DNA of 64,000 nt from IMG/VR virus record IMGVR_UViG_2509601035_000003. The stretch is one strand, 5' to 3'. Origin of the DNA: a virus. The position numbers were made by a program, and so were the translations under genes. This document shows positions 57,271 through 64,000 of this stretch, piece after piece; the stretch's first letter is position 1, and each line of letters starts with the position of its first letter. The notes beneath the pieces were generated by a model. That model searched no databases. It was given only the letters and a program-made list of their open reading frames with translations, and was not told the origin of the DNA.

Positions 57271-57670
57271 CTCCAGTAAGTTCATATATCTTTATAAAAT
57301 CTATTAAAAAATTAGATATATCAGGACTTTTTACAGTTTTCACGAGCCACAGCAAGAAATCTCTGTCTTTCTCTGTGATCGGTTGAACCCTATAAAAATC
57401 TTTGCTTTGGGCAACTTTTTTCAAGTCGCCTCTAACTGGGATTGGCTCGCCACCTTTTATAGACTGATAAAGCGTTTTTTCCGAATTATGCCATAATTCC
57501 AAATAGCAACGAGGGACATAATGCTGATTTCGCTTTTTCTCGATAAATTTCGGAGATAAGTTAACGCCGTTTTCTGCGGCCCATTTCTCAATTATCGCAT
57601 GTGCTTTTTTAGTAGTCTCTACAATTTCATTATATTCCGACTCATCTTGTATTTTGGTATCAACAGCCAT
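57271..57670 (-). pseudogene. DUF4238 gene, 5' part
   Basis: NQHYVPRCYLELW and VAQSKDFY motifs. Confidence 0.85.
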
Positions 57671-57881
57671 GTTTTTTGTGATATTTTGTTAAATATTCAT
57701 GCCGCCCAATACTCATAAAATTGAGATAGGACTCATGGTAGCGCCTCCACAGATCTTGTGGCAGCACATGCGAATGTGCTTTGATCTCATCATGAGTTAG
57801 CGTGTCCGGCAACTCTACTCCTGTAACAACGAAATAAGCTCGTCGCCCGGCCTCTGTACGTGTATATTCTCCCTTCGGCAT
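57660..57881 (-). CDS. Hypothetical protein
   Basis: 73 aa; in the operon. Confidence 0.55.
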   Translation of the reverse strand: MPKGEYTRTEAGRRAYFVVTGVELPDTLTHDEIKAHSHVLPQDLWRRYHESYLNFMSIGRHEYLTKYHKKHGC

Positions 57882-57891
57882 AAATTTTCAG

Positions 57892-58248
57892 TTATTTTTT
57901 AGGTTCTGGCAGTACGTCATCAGCAATCTCGTCCAGAAGCATTGCACATATCGCCTCCTTCTCTTCATGTTTCAAGGCATAGCTGTTCAGTAATGCCTTC
58001 AGATACGGGATCGCCCGCCGGACAAATTCCGTATCGGCTTCCGGCTTTATCATTATGCGACCACCGCCAAACAACCAGCCGAACATCTGGTTGGCTTTCG
58101 TATGCCCCATGTAGAACCCGCGGCGCTTCGCCTCCTCAAGCAATGCCGCATCTGCCTTCAGCGTGGAGAATACCTCTTCGACACGTTTGATCTCGGGAAA
58201 CGGATAGGCCATCAGGCTCAATCTCAATTTATCTTCAGTCTCCGGCAT
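57892..58248 (-). CDS. Hypothetical protein
   Basis: 118 aa; WLFGG and KHEEKEAICAMLL. Confidence 0.65.
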   Translation of the reverse strand: MPETEDKLRLSLMAYPFPEIKRVEEVFSTLKADAALLEEAKRRGFYMGHTKANQMFGWLFGGGRIMIKPEADTEFVRRAIPYLKALLNSYALKHEEKEAICAMLLDEIADDVLPEPKK

Positions 58249-58291
58249 ATTTCATCCAATTTGTTGAGTCGTGAAGGGAAGAAATTGTCTG

Positions 58292-58615
58292 TTATTCATC
58301 TACTTGTTCGGTATCGACTTTCCGCAGCCTCCATGCAACAGCATATCCGGTTTCGATATAAGGATAAACCCAGTTACATACATGGTCGCCCACGATCTTC
58401 CGGATCGTCCCGTCTGAAAAAAGGACATCAACAAGGCCGGTCGTCGGAACTGACTTCGTTGTAGGCTCCCAGCCAGCCAATAACTGATGCCGTTCATCAG
58501 ACCGGGCACGGTCAATAGCCAGATAAGCCGTAGACACATCGACCATGTTATCCCCGTTATTCATTTTGATAGCATCGTTGTCGATAATTTGGTATGCCCA
58601 ATCCTTATTTTCCAT
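58292..58615 (-). CDS. Hypothetical protein
   Basis: 107 aa. Confidence 0.6.
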   Translation of the reverse strand: MENKDWAYQIIDNDAIKMNNGDNMVDVSTAYLAIDRARSDERHQLLAGWEPTTKSVPTTGLVDVLFSDGTIRKIVGDHVCNWVYPYIETGYAVAWRLRKVDTEQVDE

Positions 58616-58808
58616 CTTTTTCCCATTGTTCTTCTTGGGTCTGCTCCCAGCCGGCTGTTTTCAAATAGTGCCTCATACGCTCTTCAGGAATAGACCTGCC
58701 GGCTAAGAACAGGCGTTTGTCCCGCACAGCCTGCTGTCTGATATATTCGCTGTTTTTGTACCAAAGAGGCTGCGTTATCAATAAAGAGAATGCTTCTTTC
58801 AGTGTCAT
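58605..58808 (-). CDS. Small hypothetical protein
   Basis: Start MTLKEAF; TAnnTTTG upstream on the - strand. Confidence 0.55.
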   Translation of the reverse strand: MTLKEAFSLLITQPLWYKNSEYIRQQAVRDKRLFLAGRSIPEERMRHYLKTAGWEQTQEEQWEKDGK

Positions 58809-58921
58809 AAGATATATCTTTGGCACAAAGATAGTAAGCATTTCGTCAAGAAACAATTTCGTTTCCAATATTTTTCACTCAAAACCCATTTATACCATCG
58901 TATAGACTTTATGGACGATGA

Positions 58922-59455
58922 TTAAAAATAGTACTTCAGCCCGATATTGGCCATCATCTTAACATTATCGAACTGAGTCTTTATCAGGTAGGTCATACGG
59001 GGCTCCAGAGCAATAGCCCAATGCCGGCCGAGGACATACTCGACGTCACACTGCAACATGAGGCCGTAAACAAACTGGTTACCGTAAGGCAGAATGTTCC
59101 CTTGGCGGGATCGCTGATCGCACTGCTCCCCGCCCAGAAGTACGCCGCCTGTCGGCGACACGATAAACCGTCCCAGCGGGATCGCATACCGGTAGTGCAA
59201 TACCCCAAGCCACTGCGACGTATGGAACGAGTCGCCCTGCGTCGCGTCATAACGGGTTCGGTCAAGGATAATCCCGGCCCCCAAGATCGAACGTTCTGAA
59301 AGATAGCTGTCGATCCGCACGGTGCTGACGAACCCTCCGACATTGCTTATTCCACCGCTGACTCCAAGAGCCACCTGCCCCTTATACCCGATCTGCGCCC
59401 GAGCGCTCATGGCCGCAAGCAACATGACAGCCACCACCAATGCCTTTTTTATCAT
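58922..59455 (-). CDS. traO: Conjugative transposon TraO-like outer-membrane protein
   Basis: Signal peptide; beta-barrel pattern ending GLKYYF; follows traN. Confidence 0.75.
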   Translation of the reverse strand: MIKKALVVAVMLLAAMSARAQIGYKGQVALGVSGGISNVGGFVSTVRIDSYLSERSILGAGIILDRTRYDATQGDSFHTSQWLGVLHYRYAIPLGRFIVSPTGGVLLGGEQCDQRSRQGNILPYGNQFVYGLMLQCDVEYVLGRHWAIALEPRMTYLIKTQFDNVKMMANIGLKYYF

Positions 59456-59608
59456 TTCTTCTATTTTTAAAGTTATTATACTTGCCGCGAGCGAAAATGC
59501 CGACCTCTTCGATCAGCGTTCCGAGTAGCGATAAAATCGCTTTCCCCGTCATATTGCCGAGCTCCGCCCCCGAAGAGAGATACCCCGACAACCCCATCCG
59601 AAAAAACC

Positions 59609-60469
59609 TCATAGCTTGCGGGCTTCGATAATGAACGTTTCTGGGATTCGCAGCCCGATATTTCGATCCCCGCCCTGTTCGAGCACTTCAGCCAGCAGCA
59701 CCTTATCCTTACCTATGGTAAACTTCTCAAAGCAATAGATCACCTCGGTTATACTCTTCGCCCCTATCGTATGGACATCGACATCGGCCCCGACAGGCAG
59801 GATCTGCAACCGCTCCTGAGAAGATGTTTTCCGGGTCTTCCTCGCCGTAACCGAAAAGGCGATATAGTCTACATCAAAAGGCACGTTGCTATTGTTCTGA
59901 ATGCTGAATTTGAAAAATATATGCGTCCTATCGACATACACGCCCTTGAGCACGAAAATCAGTTTTTGCAGTTTCGCAACATTGTTGGTCACAAGGTATG
60001 CCCCTTGTTCGCTCACCTTTGAAAACAGGGATGCGGAATCAGGCAGCACTGCTTCGGCTGCCGCGACCGCATCGACGTCCGGCACGCCCGGTTCCGCCAC
60101 AGCCGGGGCATCCTGCCTCCCGGCTTCGTCCTGATAAAATGCCATTGCCGGCCGAATAATGTAGTTCACGCATTTCGCGGCATCGTTATACACCAGATTA
60201 AAGGCATAGTAGTAACCATCGCTGGTCACGACATTGAGGTTCGTTTCATCCAGCGGCATAACCGGCTGGATGTAGAGCACCTTGCCGTCACTCTGTGTCA
60301 AAGCGTCGAAATTATCCGAGGGCCCGGCGATGTAACCAGTCCTGAATTTGACAATATCCGCAGGAAAGATCATTTGCGTCACCTTGTCTTTACGCCACTC
60401 GATCGTATTCTGGCCGTACGATGTAGTTGCCAGACACCCGGCCAGCATCAAGAATAATAATCTCTTCAT
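59609..60469 (-). CDS. traN: TraN-like protein
   Basis: KVTQMIFP, ETNLNVVT, NNSNVPFDVD and KFTI...EQGGDR. Confidence 0.85.
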   Translation of the reverse strand: MKRLLFLMLAGCLATTSYGQNTIEWRKDKVTQMIFPADIVKFRTGYIAGPSDNFDALTQSDGKVLYIQPVMPLDETNLNVVTSDGYYYAFNLVYNDAAKCVNYIIRPAMAFYQDEAGRQDAPAVAEPGVPDVDAVAAAEAVLPDSASLFSKVSEQGAYLVTNNVAKLQKLIFVLKGVYVDRTHIFFKFSIQNNSNVPFDVDYIAFSVTARKTRKTSSQERLQILPVGADVDVHTIGAKSITEVIYCFEKFTIGKDKVLLAEVLEQGGDRNIGLRIPETFIIEARKL

Positions 60470-61488
60470 TTTTCTACGATTTTAAGTATTACGGTCTGAT
60501 TATCTATCAGCTTCACCTCGGTGCTTTTTGCAGAGCGCACCTGATTGCCCACACCGGACACGACAGACCCGACGACACGGCCGATCGTACCTCCATAGGC
60601 TGACATCGCCGTGCTCGCCTCCTGCAACATCGACGAGGACGATTCCGAGTTGGTTATTTTCCCCACCTCGTCATAGTCCAGCGGAATGCCGGCGATCCCA
60701 TCCGATCCATACACTTCCAACGGCAATGCGAAAACGCCGTTGCCGAGGCGTACGGAATTTATATTTATCGTCAGACGGTTCTCGGAGATCTGCGTATATC
60801 CGGCCAGAAGCGTATTCTCCGGGATCGTGACAGCACCATAGCGGATCGGCTCCTTTGTCCGGAACAAAGCGGTCTGGCCACTGCGTACTATCTGCGTTCC
60901 GTGTATCACGGCCCGGAACATCGCAGGCCGTGCGGAATCGCTCCGGGCAGCCTCGGAAGGGCTGCCCATACCCCAGTTCTGGCGCATGGCCCGCCGACGT
61001 CGTTCTTCGGGCGTCTCGGCCGGAGCCGGCGGCACGTCCGCAGCGGGTGTCTGCTGCGTCGCAACTTCCGGCTGCTCCCGTGCCACCGTCCGTGTATCGT
61101 CAGGCGCTTCCTCGTATATGCTCCGGACATTCCGGGAGATCTCTTCGTACGCCTGCTCGAACCGGATCTCCTGCGCCTTATTCTCTACGGCCGGAGCTGC
61201 GGAAGCCGCGGCCGCAGCCTTTTCAGCCTCGGGTTTCTTACTTACGGCGGGCGGAGGTGCGAAGCTCGCGGCTGAACGCCGGTAGAATTCATCCTTTTCA
61301 TTGGCGTAGGCCATATACGCTTCTGATTTTGTCGTGAAGGTCTTATCCGCAATCGCTTCGCCGATCGTCTCCACGGAATTCCTCTTGCCGGGCCTATCCT
61401 GATCCTTCTTCATCAGATAAAGCGCCAGAACCAGCAGAACCAAGGCTCCAATGACTATCACGCTGATTTTAATTAACTGCTTGTTCAT
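60466..61488 (-). CDS. traM: TraM-like protein
   Basis: N-terminal TM helix; RAVIHGTQ, IPENTLL and VYGSDGIAGI. Confidence 0.85.
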   Translation of the reverse strand: MNKQLIKISVIVIGALVLLVLALYLMKKDQDRPGKRNSVETIGEAIADKTFTTKSEAYMAYANEKDEFYRRSAASFAPPPAVSKKPEAEKAAAAASAAPAVENKAQEIRFEQAYEEISRNVRSIYEEAPDDTRTVAREQPEVATQQTPAADVPPAPAETPEERRRRAMRQNWGMGSPSEAARSDSARPAMFRAVIHGTQIVRSGQTALFRTKEPIRYGAVTIPENTLLAGYTQISENRLTININSVRLGNGVFALPLEVYGSDGIAGIPLDYDEVGKITNSESSSSMLQEASTAMSAYGGTIGRVVGSVVSGVGNQVRSAKSTEVKLIDNQTVILKIVEK

Positions 61489-62101
61489 CTTCCTTGACTT
61501 GAATTATTTTCCGTTCCAAAAACGGCTCGATCCACAGGCCGTGCGGGTTGTTGGGCCAGCTGCGCTCGATCACCCGGATACTTCCGTCGGCGAACACTCG
61601 CCAGAGCCGGGCGTAGCCGGTGCCCTTTTCATGAAGATCCACCGCCATTTCGAACGCAAAGGTGCCATCCTCGTTCGGCGTGATCCGAAGTTCCGCGATC
61701 TTGGCCTCATAGCGGATGTTACCCTGGATAAAGCGATTGAAAAAACCGGCTTCCCTGCGCGCGATATACATATCCCGGATACTGTTGCCGCCGAGCCACC
61801 CGGCGGCTTCGGCCTTCGCCTCCCATGTATCCTGCGTCAAGGCATACCAATCATCGACGAACATGGCCAGGTGATGGCGAATCTCGATCTCGATATTATC
61901 CCTGCGCTGGGCATACCGTGCCGGAATAACTTCTCCGTCCGTAGCCACGTAGTAGGAGAACTCCAGCTGCTTGCCGAGCGTTTCCCGACGTTCGAGATAG
62001 TTGAGTATAAACGACACCAGCACCAGTAGCAGGCACAGGACGGTAATCAGGTTGTTACGCTCCAGTATTTTTCGAAACGACTGTATTTTTTCAGGGATCA
62101 T
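61469..62101 (-). CDS. traK: TraK-like protein
   Basis: RSWPNNPHGLWIE. Confidence 0.8.
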   Translation of the reverse strand: MIPEKIQSFRKILERNNLITVLCLLLVLVSFILNYLERRETLGKQLEFSYYVATDGEVIPARYAQRRDNIEIEIRHHLAMFVDDWYALTQDTWEAKAEAAGWLGGNSIRDMYIARREAGFFNRFIQGNIRYEAKIAELRITPNEDGTFAFEMAVDLHEKGTGYARLWRVFADGSIRVIERSWPNNPHGLWIEPFLERKIIQVKEDEQAVN

Positions 62102-62103
62102 AG

Positions 62104-62859
62104 CTACATTCTGAATAATTTATAACTCAATTCCATGACGCTTTGGTAGGCTTTGAATCGGGCCATGGCGATCATAAAGAAGCCGAGGATGGGCGAACTT
62201 GCGTCCGAAGCGTAAATTCTGAAACATTCCTCGCAGAAGGAATCCGCGACATACAACATGGGGCTGCAGGCCAGCAGGGCGATATAGATCATAAACCACT
62301 GCTTCCAAAGCGACCGGAAAGGCGACATGGCCCCCAGCACCAAAATCAACGGGGCGCTCCAGTAGATAACCTTCAGCCCTACGGCACGTATCGTCAGAAA
62401 CGTCGGGAAGCACAGGTAATTCACCAGGTCGGCAAAAGGTTTCAGGACTCCCTGGGCGATTAGATAACCCGCTGCATTCTGACCTGTCCCGCTCTTGAGA
62501 AACGCATTCATAAGTATATTCCCGAATGACGTGGAGGAATCAGGCGGCGGAACAGACCCGTCGCCGAGATTCGACTCCTTCATAAATTCCGCGATGGCGC
62601 TATCGGCATGGAGCTCGATAGGCATTAGGGCATTGACCAATGTCTCCATGAATCGTATCAGCTCCGGAAACAAATACACGAACAATCCGCCCAGGAATAC
62701 CCAGGAGAGATCTTCCCAAATATCCTTCGCGGGATTATTCTTCTTCTGGAGATAGATCATACCGCCCTGCAACAGCACGAAGAACCCCGCAAGACGACTT
62801 ACTTCAGGCGGGATCTCAACCTGCATGTTGGATAGGTCTGTGAGAAAATCGAAGCCCAT
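62104..62859 (-). CDS. traJ: TraJ/VirB6-like polytopic membrane protein
   Basis: Multiple TM helices; APL...WKQWFMIYI; position. Confidence 0.65.
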   Translation of the reverse strand: MGFDFLTDLSNMQVEIPPEVSRLAGFFVLLQGGMIYLQKKNNPAKDIWEDLSWVFLGGLFVYLFPELIRFMETLVNALMPIELHADSAIAEFMKESNLGDGSVPPPDSSTSFGNILMNAFLKSGTGQNAAGYLIAQGVLKPFADLVNYLCFPTFLTIRAVGLKVIYWSAPLILVLGAMSPFRSLWKQWFMIYIALLACSPMLYVADSFCEECFRIYASDASSPILGFFMIAMARFKAYQSVMELSYKLFRM

Positions 62860-62864
62860 ATCGC

Positions 62865-63419
62865 TCAGAAATAGGTGTTTAACATTTCGCTGTTGTACTT
62901 GATCGCTTTAGCCTGGACGTCGATATAGCTGACCTGCGAGTTCAGCCGGTCGAGATCGTCGAGGACTTTACGGGTCTCGGCAAGGCGCTCCGCATCGCTC
63001 ATCACCAGAAACCTGTCCGAAAAGACCTGGGCCCCGTAAGCCGTCACGTCGATACATTCGCGCGTCACCTGGTTGCACAAATCAACCAAACTCGTGGTGT
63101 ACTGCACATCGAGCCGAAGGTTGCCGATCATTTCATAGACCTGCTTGATACGCCCCACGCACGCGGCCGACCGGGTCGCTATCTCCTGCACGTCCCGGAT
63201 CGTGGCCAGTTTATTATTCACCTTTTCAACCGCGTCGATGCCCTTGTTGATACCGTCTTTGACGTTGACCATCGTTTGATAGGTCTGCACCATCTGTTGC
63301 AGTTGCTCGGCATGGTTCATCGCCTCCTGCAACTCCAAGCTCGGAGCCACGACGGCCACCTGAGCCTGTGCGACACCCCATCCCAGTATAAATAATCCTG
63401 CTAATAATATCCGTTTCAT
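62865..63419 (-). CDS. TraI/DUF4141-like protein
   Basis: AQAQVAVVAP; MSDAERL. Confidence 0.65.
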   Translation of the reverse strand: MKRILLAGLFILGWGVAQAQVAVVAPSLELQEAMNHAEQLQQMVQTYQTMVNVKDGINKGIDAVEKVNNKLATIRDVQEIATRSAACVGRIKQVYEMIGNLRLDVQYTTSLVDLCNQVTRECIDVTAYGAQVFSDRFLVMSDAERLAETRKVLDDLDRLNSQVSYIDVQAKAIKYNSEMLNTYF

Positions 63420-63439
63420 AGTCTGTAAATATTAAATTA

Positions 63440-64000
63440 TTAATGTTCTTTCTCATAGAGTTCGATCGCCGCGGCCATCGACTGCGTTTCTTCATACAAC
63501 TTGCCCAACTCATTGCATATCTTACCTTCGGTCTGGAACGCCAGATACGTCCTCGGGCTGACGCAAAGCGTCATTATCGTAGATTTCTTCTGGCGGAAAA
63601 TGTAGAACGACGAGTATCTGGGATCATCCGTATAGTTGTTCTCAAGGGCAAGGACACAGTTGCGGTCATGCTCCGAGAACCGCTTGGCATACTTCTCGAA
63701 GCCTGTCGGATCTGCCCCGGCGAGAAATATCGTCGTGGCGATATTTTTCATCAGCGCACCCGCAGCTCCGCCTTCTTTCTTGTAGCGATCCCCGGCATTC
63801 AAGGCCAGCTGGTCGAGGTTCTGCAGAACGATACATGCCGAGCCGTCCTTCTTGCGAATCGCCTGCATCTGATATAACACGGCCGAAAAAATCATGTCCA
63901 TCTGCATCAGCTCCGCGAACTCCTCGTAAATAATGAATCCTCGTTTGCCGGGCTGTTCCCAGACAAGGGTGCGGATCGCAATACCGATCAGGTGGACTAC
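63440..64000 (-). CDS. traG: TraG/VirB4-like ATPase, C-terminal part
   Basis: IIYEEFAE, AIRKKDG...VLQNLDQL and TYLAFQTE; truncated by the window edge. Confidence 0.75.
   Translation of the reverse strand, partial: VVHLIGIAIRTLVWEQPGKRGFIIYEEFAELMQMDMIFSAVLYQMQAIRKKDGSACIVLQNLDQLALNAGDRYKKEGGAAGALMKNIATTIFLAGADPTGFEKYAKRFSEHDRNCVLALENNYTDDPRYSSFYIFRQKKSTIMTLCVSPRTYLAFQTEGKICNELGKLYEETQSMAAAIELYEKEH

Larger units (their letters stand above)
13988..64000 (-). mobile_element. Second ICE (ICE2): cargo plus tra operon, continuing right of the window and hosting the prophage
   Basis: Bounded by the tRNA fragment; TGTCCGC repeats at ~14303-14332; tra genes at 58.9-64 kb. Continuity across the window is inferred. 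Confidence 0.65.

Overview
This is a Bacteroidales window, probably Alistipes-like judging by high GC coding DNA and TAnnTTTG promoters. It is made almost entirely of nested mobile DNA in three parts. (1) 1-~13.9 kb is the end of a CTn-type ICE: ardC, parB, a methylase, excisionase-like genes and a tyrosine integrase, plus a low-GC ATPase + RloB-like defence cassette. It abuts a 3' fragment of tRNA-Pro that marks an att junction. (2) ~14.0-64 kb is a second ICE. Its cargo is a lipoprotein metallopeptidase with partner genes, a toxin-antitoxin (TA) pair, a fimbrial protein, ORF6N and DUF4238; the traG-I-J-K-M-N-O genes run off the right edge. (3) An apparently complete 34.8-kb Mu-like transposable prophage (22450-57266) sits inside the DUF4238 gene. 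It has TAT...ATA ends and a 4-bp AGAC duplication, and removing it restores the ORF in frame. The most striking signals are in the prophage: a canonical -1 frameshift signal that would fuse the portal to a MuF protein carrying a C-terminal HExxH domain, with a convergent self-promoted small gene as candidate immunity; a G9-switched second tail fibre; a structured antisense RNA upstream of mom; two tRNA-like elements; and five 11-bp-period TTTAAA arrays. All family assignments come from motif recognition by eye, not from database searches.
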